A program made the position numbers and the translations under genes. From the NCBI RefSeq assembly GCF_009914755.1, contig NC_060936.1: 64,000 nucleotides of DNA; one strand, given 5' to 3'. The DNA comes from the human T2T-CHM13v2.0 reference genome, Homo sapiens. Positions 1 to 14,959 of the stretch are shown here, one piece after another (position 1 is the stretch's first letter; the number at the start of each line of letters is the position of its first letter). The notes below the pieces were generated by a model, which saw only the letters and a list, made by a program, of their open reading frames with translations, ran no database searches and was not told the origin of the DNA.

Positions 1-609
1 AAAAACCTAAATGTGTAAATTTTTAGGCACATAGTTACATTTACTCATTTAGTTAAACCTATTCTATCACTGTATTATATACAAAGTTAGAAGTGTTGCT
101 TTTACTCATTCTCATATTTCCTAAAGCAATTTACTTAAACACATCATATGTACATCATATGTATGCTTGACATCAATATACTTTTCAGTCTCGAAACACC
201 TGTCTAATGCAGTTTTCCAGAGCACATGTGTTAAGTTGCCTGAGATAGAGTGCAAGCTATATTGATGTTTTGTTTTGCCTGGAAATTGTATCTCAGACCA
301 CCAGTGCCTATTTGCTTAACCTCAGGATATTTATTTTTTTCCTTGTTCAATGAGTATACATGATCACAACAAAACAACTTCAATATTGTTCTATTAGAGT
401 TCTTTGAATGCCTTATAAAGTTTAATGCTCGCAGTTTTAAATTCATAGCCCTAAAAATAGCTACTAAATCTTTGTTAAATATTATTATTGCTATTGTTTG
501 TTTTCCTTCTCCTCCTTTTCATCTTGGCCTTTTCATTTTCTTATTTTCTTCTCAATCATTGTCTTTTTTTTCTCTTCCATCCTCTTCCTTTCCTATTTCT
601 CTTAATAAA

Positions 610-850
610 TGGTGTTGGGTGGTTCTGGCTCAAGGAAGCTTCTGAGGTTGCCGTTAAGATGTCAGCCAGGGCTGTAGTCCTCTCAAAATCACCTAAAACT
701 TGCTCATGTGATAGTTGCAGTCTTGAGGCATTTGCCATTTCAACCCCTCAACAGAGCTATCTTATGACAGCTGCTTTCCTCCAGAAAAAAAATAAGAAGC
801 GACACCCCCAATGAAAGCCACAGGTTTTTTGGTCTTCTTTTTATAACCTA
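610..850 (-). mobile_element. MLT1 (MaLR) LTR fragment
   Basis: Reverse complement reads acagccctggctgacatcttaacggcaacctcagaagcttccttgagccagaaccaccca, matching the recalled MLT1 LTR motif cagccccggctgacaccttgactgcaacc...ctgagccagaaccaccca. Boundaries approximate. Confidence 0.65.
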
Positions 851-2939
851 ATCTCAGAGCAGATACCTCTGAGATTTGGCCTATTCTGTTCATTGGAAGA
901 GAGTTCTTCAATTCAGCTCATGTTAAAGGAAAAGGGATTCCACAGGGAGTAGACACCCTGAGGCAGGGGTCAGTGATCACCATCTTACAGGCTGCCATGG
1001 TCACCATGTGCAAACTTAGGGAAAGCTGGGAGAGCAGCAAGCCAAAATAACCAAGTATTTGCATCAAAAACCAAAAATTAATCCCTTGAAGTAATTTCAG
1101 TAGTTGAAGCTAGAAACAGATAAAGGCACAGTTGAGACTAAGTAAACCTTTCATTTCTACCAAAATGATGAGTTGACTCAAAGAATATCCTTGTGTATTT
1201 GTTATAGTTGTAGGAATGTCACAAAGGTGTTTAAAATATCCAAATATTCTCCATTGCCAAAGTTATATGACTGAAATTAAGTTACCTGTAGATTTTGTTT
1301 TAGTTTTTCTAGTAAATTTTGTTATTGTTAATGTTGCCGTCAGCTGTATTTTGACCAATACCATAGGGTGTTGTGGTAGACGTAGTTCTCACTGTTTCTG
1401 GGGTATGTTTCTGCACTCAGTATAATACTGAGCCAACAGGGAAGACCTGCATGACCTGTGGGGCCTGATCCATTGCGGAAGGTAAGATTGTAGACAGCTT
1501 CTGTCTCTGTTTTTGGTAGAGACTTTGCTATGCTAACTAATAATCTGAGTTATAATATTCCAATGAGAACACAAGAGCTCTTAGTACATAACAGAGTCTG
1601 CTTGATTTCCTTGAGTTTCCCCAGCTTCTTGTCCTGTGGTTAGCCCCACCCGAGAAATCTGAGGGTAGCTCTCACATTCTGAGCCAGACTCCATTCCAGG
1701 CAGGGAAAAGCAGCCCATGTTGGAGAGCAGGGCAAGTCAGATCTTGTGAAGCCAAATGCAGGGAGGTAAGAGAGGTGGAGAAAAAGACATGGACACCCTA
1801 GCACAATAGACACGTGGCCAGCCAGCCTCTAGTCCACTGGTTTCCAAGCTCTGAGACCAGGCAGGACATGTAACACCAGCCATCCCTCCTCCTAACCCTG
1901 TGTTCAACTCCCAAGTGCCTGCAGTCACAGAGCAAGGAGCAGTGGCTTGTGAGGTTCCATTTCCACATACAACTCTGTGAGCTAGAAACAGAAAGAGCAA
2001 GGTGCAGAGAGAATGCATTGATATCCACGTGGGACGGGCAAGAGAGGTTTCCATCCCAACTTCTGTCCTCCGGAATGACGTAACAATGACCTTTGGTGTT
2101 TTTTTGCTCAGTCATTGCCAATTTCCCTGAATCAAAGTTTTGGAAAGAGGTCCATAAAGGCTTTTTACTTCTAAAATAGCTTGTGAAAGAACAGACTTTG
2201 CTGGGGGAATCAGTGACATGTCCAAGCTTACGATGATGCAAATGTAGTCATCTGAATTGAATCAGAGAGTCATCACCAAAGGAAATTGGCCCTTTTTGTG
2301 GTCAGGATCATATTTCTAATAATATCAGTTATGTTTTACCCATTTTCCGTGGAAACAGCACACAATAACAGATAGTCTATAGGAAGCTGTCCTGCAGTGA
2401 CCTTCATGGCAGGGGAGTTTTTAAAGGCTGAGAGTAATTGTCCAAAGCAGTACAACAGATTTGGAGGAGACCTGGTGAAAGAGCCCAAGTCTTAAGGATG
2501 CTAGAACACTCAAATCAATTCTCTCTGCTGCAAGCAAATGTAACCGGATTGCTGCAGGGGTTCGACTATGATTTTCCAGAGTCTTAGCATCCTGGATGCT
2601 ACAAGCAAAGTGAGGACAAACATGCAACTGACACAGCAGGGGAGGTGAGAAGGGGGCTTCATTCCATATTGTTTTTATATAACTCAATCCTTAGGTTCTC
2701 TTTATACACACCAAGCATATTTTAAACTTTCCCTGGCTTACTTTCCAGTTAAAGTCATTGTTAGTTTTAGAGTAATCTCATTGGAAAATCAAAGATCTAG
2801 AGTCATCACCAACTATTCTGGGTCATTCACTAGTAAAATTCTAACTCTTTTAAAACAAATTTGTCAGAAATTCTTTATTATGTTGGTTGTACTAAATAAA
2901 ATTCACTATGAGTAAAATCTCCTCAACTTTCTCTGTAGG

Positions 2940-3285
2940 TGCTTCATTCACTCACTAATTCATCCATGCATCCATCCATCCATGCATCCATCCATCCATC
3001 CATCCATCCATCCATCCATCTATACTTACACAAATCCATCCATCCATCCATCCACCCACCCACCCACCCATTCATTCAACCATTCTTCTATCCACCCATC
3101 CATCCACGTACCCACCCATCTATCCATCCATCCACCTACCCACCTATCCATCCATCCTTCTATCCATGCATGTATCCACCCATCAATCCACGTACCCACC
3201 CACCCATCCACGCCCCATCCACCTACCTACCTACCTATCCATCCATCCATCCACCCATCCATCCACCCTTTCATTTATTCATTCA
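2940..3285. repeat. Degenerate (TCCA)n/(CCCA)n tetranucleotide tract
   Basis: Directly visible run of ccat/ccac units flanked by ttca units. Confidence 0.95.
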
Positions 3286-3720
3286 CAAGCACCTACCATG
3301 TGCCGGGCTTTGGTCTAAGACCTGGGGATCCCATGGTGAATGTGAGTCACTTCCCTGCCCTCATCATGGTCACATGCAATGAAGGATTCAGACAATATGC
3401 AAGAAAACAAATAAACAAACACAATTTTTAGGTTATGATAAAATGCTATGAAGATAATAAATGGGTAATTTGATGAAGGGAGACTGGAATGGGAGTGACG
3501 GAGCCACCTGAGACAGCGAGTCAGGGAAGGCTCCCCAGATGAAGACATGGGGGTGCTGTCCTCTAAGCAGGGAAGGTGCAAAGCAGACAGGCCAAGAACA
3601 GGAGCTGCAGGCACAGGATCCAGCAAGGGAAAGTCCTGAGGCAAGAATAAGCTTGGTTAGTTTCAGAAACAAAATGGACATGGGTAGATGGTATGTGTAT
3701 TTGCTGCCTGAACACATTTC
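3270..3720 (-). mobile_element. L2 LINE 3' fragment
   Basis: ttcatttattcattcacaagcacctaccatgtgccggg... is the typical antisense L2 3' end, followed by purine-rich L2-like sequence. Confidence 0.7.
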
Positions 3721-5221
3721 AAAAAGTTTATAGGTCAGGTTTGAAGCATTTAAATTAAAAAATAATCAATGAATATACACAGCATTTGAAGATGTTTTTG
3801 TGTGTGTTATTTTTATTTCTAGTTAAGTTTTATCTGATCAATGTAAGGAATGCACGAAGATTCACTGATGCCACAGGGAGATCAATTTACATCACAAAAG
3901 CAGTTAGACATTGCTACATCTGTTATTTTGCCAGGAATTCCCCCAAGTACAACTTTTGCTAGACGGTCTTTCCTGAAACCATCTGAAATCATGAGTCAGT
4001 ATGTGCCAGCTGTATTTAAGACCAAAGGCTTAATGTATCCACATCTGGGGTAGGAGTCAGATGTAAAACAAGCCCAACATTGCCTTGGAAGTTCTATAGG
4101 GTAAGTAAATGCTAACATTCACTTTCTTGCCTCAGTGGCTGTGGCTCTCACCTCTACTACTATAACTAGAAGCTTAATATTCACTTTCATTCTTTGAAAA
4201 GGTGACAGTGTTTCTTCCAGTCCAATAATGGAACTTTCCACTAGGTTGGTAACACAATTCAATTTTTAAGCCAAGCTCAGCCTGGTTTTGTCTTAACAAT
4301 TGGGTTATTTAGCTTGACTCCTACAGAAAAACAAGCTCTTTCATGATGGGATGTGCAGCTGTGAATAGTACAACATGGATGAATGTAATTATGGGATTTG
4401 TTAAGTTTGGTGAAAAGAAAGTGGATTGGAAGGCTGCCATGCTTATCTATGGAACGAAAAAAATGAAACATGTACAAATGATATATTAGAGGTTTAAAAA
4501 AGGCTCAGACATGCAAGGAAATTTGAACATTGACTAGATATTTGAGGATATTTATATTTTTAATTCTATTTATGAATGATTACAGTATTACAGTCATATT
4601 TTAAGAGTTCTTATGTTTTTAACACGCATAAAAATATTTACGTATTCTATGAAAAAACCTCTCAGTAGGGCTTTTTTAACCTTTGCAAAATCTTCCGATC
4701 ATGTTTTGTTCCCAAATTTTGTTCTGTTCGTATTGTTTGTTGTTGTCATTGTTGGTAATACACTGACCTAACCACCAAGATATTTGGAATTCAACTCAGA
4801 ATTTCCACAATCATAGATAGAGGTCATATTCATTATGCTTTATTCCTAAACAATTGAAAATTTCTCCTTCAAGAATTTGCTAGTATTTTGACATTTAACC
4901 AAGAGTTTTCTTCTGAATCTACAGCAATGGACTCTTTCGTGGCTAGATTTGAATCCCACGTACAACAGAAGCTTCCAAATGCGTTGTTTGGCCACAATGA
5001 AGAATCCTTATTGAAATATCCCTTGAATGGCATAATTGAATAGACGTAATTGCAAAGCTCTGCACCATGTAAAATTGTAAATAGCACTGACAAAATAATT
5101 TATGCTCATTTATGATACAGTAGCTCATTATGGCTCCAATTTTCATTTCCTTCATTAGCCAAGCTCATCTGTTTCTCTAGTAGACATTCCTTTTGTCTAT
5201 TATCTACAATCCTTTTCCCAG

Positions 5222-5360
5222 AGAAATGGACTCTTGTGTATGTAGATGAGAAGAACTGAGCATGAGAGGGTGCTGATAACAGGGGATATGGGCACCGCAT
5301 AACCTAAACAGACTTTGACACCACAACAAAAGAGAGACAGATACTGTAGAACAATGACAG
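5222..5360 (+). other. Candidate non-coding internal exon (139 nt)
   Basis: Acceptor tccttttcccag| at 5221 and donor CAG|gtaaat at 5360. Stops in all three frames. Splice signals only. Confidence 0.3.
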
Positions 5361-5873
5361 GTAAATATTGTATTAGAATAGTGCCTATTTCTGCTTTGGT
5401 TTCAGGAATGTCTTATAATAAATGAATAAAGTGGGTCACCACTACAATTACAGCAATAATGATAATGAGTTCAATAATAACATGAAAGAACAAGAAGCTT
5501 GCAATCAAGTCCCATATTCCTTGTGGGTGTGTTTAAGGAAACCTCGTGTCATATATTTGTTTTACTTTAATTACTTCCCTCATCTTCTAGTTTATTACTT
5601 CTCTCCACCTTGTGTCAGGTTAGAAACCATCACTTCCCTATGTCTCCCATCCTTAGCTGCAATATTCCTTCTTTATCTTGAGCAGCAGGAGATCTCTTTT
5701 CTTTCTTTCCACTTGTTCCAGCTGGAGACCATGACATAGAAGCCTCTCACTTTCTGGGATTGTTGAAATAAAACTGAACCCCTTCCCCACTTTACTTGTT
5801 CAACCCAGAGGAAGGTTGAAGAACTGTGGAGATGGAGGATGCTTACAGTATTTATTCTCCTTTTTCTAACTAG

Positions 5874-5947
5874 CAAGGTTAATATGTGAACATTGTGGTC
5901 ATGTGTGACTTACTTGTAAGGTTCCTGGATTCTCTGTGTTTGACAAG
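5874..5947 (+). other. Candidate internal exon (74 nt)
   Basis: Acceptor ttctcctttttctaactag| and donor AAG|gtgaga. Splice signals only. Confidence 0.25.
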
Positions 5948-6389
5948 GTGAGAGGTGGCCCTAGTCCTCTATACGAATGGGCCCAAAGAAAAACTGTACT
6001 TACAGAGTCCAATGTAGAGGATAATTTTACTAAAGGCCCAACCATGTCTACCAAACCAGCAATAGGAGCAATGAAATTGCTATGTTTGTCATATTTTTAT
6101 ATAAATATGCCTCTTTTTATTTCAATTGGTTCCAAACTCAGAGAGGAATGAGGTAGGGTTAACTGTTGCCCTCCTAAAACCCAAAAATGAACAGTAACAT
6201 TATATTAAAAGGGTGGGTTGTTGGCTAAATCAGGTTTTTAAAAGTATATTAAGACAGAGAACCTCATTAAGGTTTGTGGTGTCGTGTTAATGGCACAGAT
6301 ATGTTTTGCTCATCCTCATATTTAAAACATGCAATATTTAGTTGGTGGGTCTCAATGTTTTGTCTGAAAATTTTATTAGTTAAGAATAG

Positions 6390-6890
6390 TGTTCATTTGA
6401 ATTAGAGGCTAAAATTAGCTGCTTATATGAGAGAGAAGTTTGTTTCTCTCTCATGAAAACATCTTAAGAAAGAGGTCTGAAGCTGGAATAGTGGTTTGGA
6501 CCTAAAGGTCGTCAGGAACCCAGGCTTCTTCCAGATTGTTGCTCTGCTTCTGACCTCCATTCCTCTTCATCTCATTAGCAAGATGGCAGTAACAGCTACA
6601 GACACCACCTCTACATTAAAGTATATAGGAGAAGACAAATAAAAAACTAGGTTGTAGTCCATAGGAGGAGCATGTCCTTGCTATGCCTTGGAAGCTGTCA
6701 TGTGACACTTCTAGTTTCATCTAGAATTTAGTTAGTCACCTGACATTCCCTTGACCCAATGTGTACTGGGTAATGTACGCTTTATTCTGGACAGCTACCT
6801 ATGAAGTCAAAAAAAACACAAATTCTATTCTTATGGGGGAAATGCATAGGGAGAAAACGAGTAGTCTCTTCCATAGGAAATACAGTTGCC
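6390..6890 (-). mobile_element. Old MLT1 (J/K/L-type) LTR
   Basis: caggaacccaggcttcttcc...ttgctctgc...caagatggcag..acagct resembles antisense old MLT1 consensus. Confidence 0.45.
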
Positions 6891-7192
6891 TTTAAATGGT
6901 GAAGACTAACATTTAATATACCTGCAATTCTGAGCTCAGGTCAAGGTGCACTATATTGTCTGTGGCAGTGTAGGTGCATGACGGGACATTTTCAGCATCA
7001 CAGCCAACTGTATGGTTGTTCAGATGGTAACAAAGACATTGAATAGAAGCAAATGCACCTAAACTTCAGCAGCAAAACTTCTAAGCACCCTGCAGAGCCT
7101 CAGTTCCCTTCTTTCTAAAACCAGCATAATATTATGTAACATTGTGATTATAATATTTGTCATGCCTACTTTCAAAGGTGTTATAAGAATCA

Positions 7193-7551
<359 letters not shown>

Positions 7552-10500
7552 TTACCTGTCATACTAGGAGTCCCCAGTCCACTGGGTATTTGAGACTCAC
7601 GTAACATAATACATCCTAAGTACTTAGAACAGGGGCTGGGAAAGAGGAGGCACTCATTGTATGGGACTCATCTTTAGGAGGTTAAATAGAACTTTTCACC
7701 TGTAAATTAATTGTTAGTTGATATAAAGTTGGTATCTTTTGGATAAAATAAAGAATATACATGCCTAGGATTATAAGATGTGGGGGAATTGAGATAAAAT
7801 TTAAATCCACTGATTCCAATCATGTCCTCCATAAATTTTCCCCATTCTTCCACATAGTGTATTACCAGGACCCCTGCCTCCCTACCTGATGGACATTTGC
7901 TTGGTTGATATCCTGGGATGAGTTCATCATTTCTACCTCACACCATATTATCTCTGACAGAAACCATTAAAGAGAAAGCCTCTTTGTTTTACATTGAACA
8001 ACCTGAAGAGCCATTTTAAAGTAAAAGCAAATAATGACATTTTTATAACCAGAGTACATTTATTTGCCTTTTCCATCTTGTCAAATGCAGTGTCCCTATT
8101 CACGGATGTTTATTGTTTAGACTCAGGTAGATTAGATTTCCACCTCATTTTCCCTCTTCCTAAAGCCATGGGTGCTGATACCTGCTCAAGAAGTTAACAA
8201 CAATAACAAAGTATAGCTCAGTTTGTGCAAAATTAGAGACAATGGAATGCTGAGTTCTTGTAGAATCAAAGTTGAGAAAAAATTCTGGAGCAAAAAATAA
8301 TGTATCGTTTAAGTGGATCCTTTCCAGTGTCATGGAGGAAACATCATTTTATTTCTCATTTAAATAGATCATAATATTGACCATCTCATGGGGGTTTTGT
8401 GAAGATTCTATGAAATAGTATTGGCACACAGTTACTGTTGAGTAAATGTTGAATATTACTATGAGAAACAATGGGCTGCAGTGAAGGTTCTCAGATGTCC
8501 TTGGATGGAGGAATTTGATGACAGTTTTCCCGGCAGTCAGGGGACTCAGAGAGTAAGCAGCCTCCCACCTGGACCGTGGTCTTAGGAAGCTTCACCCTAG
8601 GCTCATGTCGGGGGTGCAGGTAGGAAGAGAGGCTCTAAAGGGGCTGGGTTATCTTTGCCAAATGGGAGTGTATTTCCTGTATTCACAAATCTTCTAACGT
8701 TTCACAGAAAGCCAGATATTGCTATTTTTTGTAAAACATTTTATTTTTACATGTTGGATATTAATTTTAAATTTTTAAACATTCTGCAAGGCAAACACAA
8801 TGTGATTGCAAACAGCATTGGGCCAGATAACCACCAGTTCACCGCCTTTGCTCTGACAGAATACAGTCTGTTCCCAGGGATACTGTTTCATGGGAGAATC
8901 TCAAAGCAAATGAATGTAAAAAACATTGCTTATGTTTTGTCAGCATATGTAAAATGGAATCTTGGTGGAATAAATGGAATTTGGAGAATGCATGAGAGTA
9001 TCCCTATAGGGTTGACCAGCATAAAGTTTAGAGAGGGTTAGCCTCAGTTATATTCTGGCTTCTATTGTTATATCCAGTTACTGAATTTACCTCTCTACAT
9101 TCAGTATTTTGTCTGTGAAACAGGGATGATAATGCTCCCCGCGCACACATGCATGCAATCACCTACACACATCAGGCTTTTGTGAGGATCTCGTCAATGA
9201 GGCAGGTTAAATCTTTAGATCATGAGCCAAACTCAGTGAGCTCCTAGAAATGGCAGCTGCTTCCTAGCTGCCAATACCCTTCATTCAGCTCAAGAAAAAC
9301 AGCCTTTATTTAACTGAGACTGGCTTGTGAGCAAGACTAGTCTTCGGAGCCCATAAACTTGTATTTGCTCAGATTTGGGGTTTCCTTAAAGTCCAGTGGA
9401 ACACAGGTCCAACTGGCACTGGTTTTTATGTATTCATGATGTGCACTCCTTAGTAATTCCCTGGAAGGGACATATGTGTTATGTGGGTTTTCAAGCTATA
9501 CTTACTTGCAAGTTAAAACTGCAGAGAACTTGATAGTTTCAGGACTGGTGGGAACTGGCTCATTTAAGAAAATCTATGGTGAGAGAGATCTCCTTCTGTC
9601 TGTTTCCCTGACACTACAGCCTTGCATCTATTACTTATTTTTCTATTTATTATACTCATTGGCACAACGATGCAGCCACACCAGGGGGAGAACATGCTAG
9701 TGGGAATTAGAGTGGGGTTAGCTTTCCCCCACCCTATGCTTTTCCAATCCCTGGATAACATTTTCCCCCTTTTCCACTGTAAATGCTTACTTCAGATATT
9801 ATTTTGATGTACTTTCCCCAAAAAAACCCTTTCGTAGGCGTAGCTATGGAATCTTAGATTCATGGGCTGGAAATTGATATAGAAATTTTGTCGTTGGTTC
9901 TCTGGGGAAATAGCTCATGCTGTTACTCCTGAATCCTAAGTAGCTGCCTTATCACTTGGCTTGGAATGCTAAGAGAAAGAGCTTGCAAAGAGCCATTTCA
10001 ACGAATGAGTTTCCTCCTCATTCTTTATAGATGAGGGAGGGAAGCCTTCCCAAAGTGGGTTGCATTTTTCCCAATGCATAATGAATTAGCAATTGAAATT
10101 TAAGAGAACGTACATCTTTTCTAAAGTACTAAAACCTTTTATTGTCATGAAAGTAAATTTTATCATAGAAACACTTAAAGACACAGTAAAAGCAGAAGGT
10201 AGGAAGACGACTCAACTAAATCTATTGACAGTGAACGTTAGTCCATTTCCTTAATTTCCCCCTGTACATTTTAATTCTGTCCTATTCATGTCGGCATATA
10301 GTTTTGAATTCTGCTCCTTTTGCTCAGTATTAAGTATAAACTTTTTCTGTGTTATTATTCCATATTCTTTATAAACACATTCATGATGCCCCAAATATTT
10401 CATATGTAGACTTGCCATAATTAAGCAGTGTCTTAGTTTGGCGTCTTGGGATGGTTTCTGATCATTACTATTACACATAGCAGTAATAGTAATAACCAAC

Positions 10501-12185
10501 ATTATTGAGCATTTGCCTATGTCAGCCATTGTGTTCAGGGTTTCATGTACATTATTGCATGGGTTTCTCAACAGCGGCTGAGACCATTTCTATTGTCATC
10601 CCCATGGGCAAATGAGGTCACCGAGGCCTAAATAATGTATTTAATGAGCCCAAGGGCCAATGGCTCACACGTGTTAGAGGCAGGATTGGGTGGTTGGAGT
10701 TTTCCATTTTTTCTGTGTTTGGATTCATGACCAGAATAACAATGTGGAGCCCTGCCTAGATTTAGGCGCATGACAAAGTGGGTGGAGCATTCAAAGTGCA
10801 GCTGGATTTCCAGAGACTGACCTTCTCTATTGCCTGAATGAACCAACCGAAGTGATGTTCTTAATGGAACAGGTGCTTCCTTGGATCAGTTGGTTTTTTC
10901 CTCCTTGTTACTTCGGCAGTTCCTGTTTCTGTCAGATAGTTGGGGGTCTCATTTTAGGAACCAGAGGAATGTTCAATTTCTATTTCTTTTGGGGAGGCTT
11001 GGGGGTAGAGTGGCATTAGGTAGAGTTTGGGGTTGCCTCTGAAACGTCTCAGAGGACTGACTACACTTCCACACTGACTGACTGAATACTCTTCCACAGA
11101 GAGATCAATAGAGGCTACACCAGCCCAGAAGTCCTGAGATTGAGGGTTTAGTCTGACCTCCACCTTGTGGTAGCTGTGGGAATGTGGGATGTCCATTGGT
11201 ACTCACCTCAATTTCCTCATCTCTTAATTAAGGAGGGCAGTGTTTTCTCCTCCTATGTCCTAGGAAGAGAATATTTTGAGAACCAGTGGGAGAATTATGA
11301 TGTCCTGTTTGTTTCTTCCTCTCTGGGTTCCATTTCTTCTTCTGATAAGAGCCCTCAGCTTTCCTCTGAAGATGAACTCCTTCCTCACTCACAGTCTATG
11401 TCCTTCCAGTGGGCTGAATCAACTCTGTGGCTCTCTGCCCATGACCTTTCTGAAGCCAAGGAAAAATACACACCCTCAATAATGGCTTCAGATATGTATC
11501 TGTGATCCAGGCCAGACCTCTCAGAGCAATGTTTGAGGATGAGGTAATCATAAAGCAATCCAAAATTGAGTACACTTCCCAGCCTGTTCCATGGAGCTTG
11601 TTCCATTTATAGGCCATCAGTCCCTCATATCTCTGTCATGGTGTACACAGCTCTGGCTGCCTGGGTTGCCACTTTTCATCTTCATCCCTGCGTAATAATC
11701 TGTGTTGACTACAGGCACATGTGTTGCGTTTACCTGCTCAGCGTCCATCCTCCCCTCCACCCCAACCCTGTCTGATGTACTAACTTCCTGGGGCTGTCAA
11801 TCAAAATGCCCAATGCTCTCTTGGCTGAGGGGTAGGGAGAAATCTGGGCCATGCACATGCTCTCCTCAGAAATGTAAATCTTGAGTCGGAAAGGCTGAAA
11901 ACAGTTGGAGCTGCTTTACCCATTTGTTGCTGTGGCAACAAATACATCTTAGCTCCTATTCAGTTGCTGTTTCCCAAAGCCAGCTTTTTCTCTTTACCTT
12001 TGATGCTGTGATCAATATTATTTTTCTTTCAATAGGATTCTATTCTGGGCTAAGATAACCAAATTTGTTTCAAAGAAAAATTGCACACAACCTTTCCCTT
12101 CTCTACATTCTTGATACTCTTTGCTTCTTTCCTTCTCATAGACCTTAGCTGTCCGTCTCTTTATCTCCTATTCCATTCTCTCCAG

Positions 12186-12404
12186 TCAGCTTTATGAGAA
12201 GAACCCAATAGTACATTGTTGTTGCTGTTTATTTGAAGATTCCTCTTTCAATAAGCTGGGATGTCTTTGAGCTTCTGACTGCCTGATAACCTTTAACACC
12301 CAGTGCTGATGTCTGCGCTGGACATGAGAAGGAACCAAATATTATTGAATGGGAGCTGTACTTTAATTAGTTGGTAAAGCAACAGGTGAAAACTAATTAG
12401 GGAG
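12186..12404 (+). other. Candidate non-coding internal exon (219 nt)
   Basis: Long polypyrimidine acceptor ctgtccgtctctttatctcctattccattctctccag| and consensus donor GAG|gtaagt. Stops in all frames. Confidence 0.35.
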
Positions 12405-12408
12405 GTAA

Positions 12409-12781
<373 letters not shown>

Positions 12782-13356
12782 TAATTGCCCGTATGTTCTT
12801 GATCCTATTCCAAACAACACTCCAATCAAAAGCCTAAGTCAAGTGAGTTGAGATGAAAACACACAGAACCACAAAAATCTGAATTATTATCTTAGATTCA
12901 CTACTAATTTTCACTTTTATGTATATTGTTCTTTTTTTAAAAAAAAGAAGATACAGAGGTGTGTGTACAGAAATTCTTGAAAAGGTAAATCAATTAACCT
13001 TTACCAGGAAGCTAGTACAAAAAGAAGGGGTGGTAAAACAACATCATTTGTAAAGATCAGACTTCTCGCTCCTGCCAAAAATATGCCTACGAATGCCAGG
13101 AGATAGACTACATTTACTCTACCTTGTAATCTACAGGTAACTTCTTAATGTAAAGCTAATTTTTTCTTGTCACCCTGTTATTCTTGCTTTCACATTTTTG
13201 GTTAATTGTGGGTTATGTGGGCTACACATAAAAAGAAACAAAATATATCTTTACTTACATTAGCCTTTTTAAATATGGAACTTTTCAAACATGCATGAAT
13301 ATAGAAAGAATGACATGACTAATCTCCCTGTACTCCTTGAAGATTTTCCACTATTA

Positions 13357-13650
13357 GGCTGGGCACAGTGGCTCACACCTCTAATCCCAGCACTTTGGGA
13401 GGCTGAGGCGAGCAGATCACCTGAGGTCAGAAGTTTCAGACCAGCCCGGCCAACATGGCGAAACCCTGTCTTTACTAAAATTACAAAAATTAGCCAGGCA
13501 TGGTGGCACATGCCTGTATTCCCAGCTACTCAGAAGGCTGAGGCAGGAGAATCACTTGAAACCGGGAGGCGGAGGTTGTAGGGAGTTGAGGTCGGGTCAC
13601 TGCACTCCAGACTGGGAGATAGAGCAAGACTCCATCTCAAAAAAAAAAAA
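13357..13650 (+). mobile_element. AluS
   Basis: Full dimeric Alu with poly(A); TSD-like ttccactatta / ttccacaatta. Confidence 0.95.
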
Positions 13651-14116
13651 ACAAAATTTTTCTTCCACAATTATCAATATTTTGTTTAATTTGTTTTATC
13701 TCCACTAATACTTCTCATTATTATCACCAACAAAGCAAGATTATTATTTTTTAAATGCCCAGACCTCCAGTAATTTTACGTGTAAATATGGTGGTATGTA
13801 TTGCTAATAGAGACTCTTTTAAGTAACTAAGATACATGATCGTACATAATGCAATCATAGTCAGCAATATTCATTTCATAGTATTCAATACCAATCTATC
13901 TTCACACTTCCCTGCTACCTTAAAAATGTCTGCCTAGAGTTCATTTAAATTAAGGTCCACACAAAGCAAGATCCAGATATTTTCTTTGGTTGGTGTGTTC
14001 CATAAATCCTTTAAGTGTTTACAGTTTCTTGTATTTTTCCTCTTTATCCATGCCATTTATTTGTTTTCTTATAAAAATAATTTTCCAATAGAATTTCCCA
14101 GATTCTACATTGGGCT

Positions 14117-14665
14117 GTGTGCAGAAATGAGTTAGCATAGCAGGACGGAGACTACTCTCCATAGAAAGGTGTTTTTGCAAGTCGGCCCTTGGTTGATGTC
14201 TAGGAATTTGGATTTTGGAAATGTGCCTGCCATTCCATGGTAAGACTAGCTCACTATGCCTGGACCATTCAAACAATATGATTTATTCTGAACACCTGCT
14301 TTTCTTCCGGGAGTCTGGCATTTTGGTATGTGCCTGGCAGAAGATCTTTATGTGACCAGCTCCCAAAAAACCTTGGGTGCTGAGTCTCTAATGGGCTTCC
14401 TTGGGCAGAAACATGGCCTACCTGTTGCTACATTTTCATAGTTGGGGGAAGAATGGATTCTGAGACCCTCATAAGAGGGAGAGATCACTGGAAGCCAACA
14501 TGGAGATTCCCGCAGACGCTGCCAGTGTCTTTGACCCCTGGGATCTAGTGTGTATTCTTATCACTTCCCTGTTACAAATCTGAGTCATGAGCACAACTAT
14601 ATGCTAGCCCGATGAAACTTTCTAGGAAAACTCCAGATGGAGGGTGGTCCTGAGGGCCCTCAACA
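14117..14665 (+). mobile_element. MER21-family LTR inserted in an old antisense L1 fragment
   Basis: Starts tgtgcagaaatgagttagcatagcagg...tagaaagg...ttgcaag..ggcccttgg, matching the recalled MER21 5' end. Confidence 0.75.
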
Positions 14666-14959
14666 GAAGCCGATTATGTTATCATGGCATTTTTAACATA
14701 TTCTTACATCCCCATGTTTTCTGTAAACTGGATTTTTTAAATATTGAGGCTCAATAGTATTGGGGGGAGGAGTAGATTAGAGGTGGGCTTGTACTTCTTT
14801 TATTGCATTATCTCAGGAGGCAGATAATAGCAAGTCATCTTCCCTCCAATTATGTTCTGATTGATCAGTAGATGGAAGCATAGAGTCATTTTGTCATGGT
14901 TTTAAAGAAGTCAAAATATGTGTAGATAGGTGTGTGGGAAGCTGGCTTACCACAGGTGA

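Noticed and set aside
556-738. 60-aa minus-strand ORF with a basic C-terminus resembling a transposase tail or NLS
   Set aside because: The underlying DNA matches an MLT1 LTR running into a purine-rich tract, so the peptide is incidental.
2939-3431. 147-149 aa His/Pro/Ser/Ile-rich ORFs
   Set aside because: Translation of the (TCCA)n tract.
6428-6455. 11-bp hairpin atgagagagaa / ttctctctcat
   Set aside because: Short, low complexity and inside an old LTR; too small for a pre-miRNA claim.
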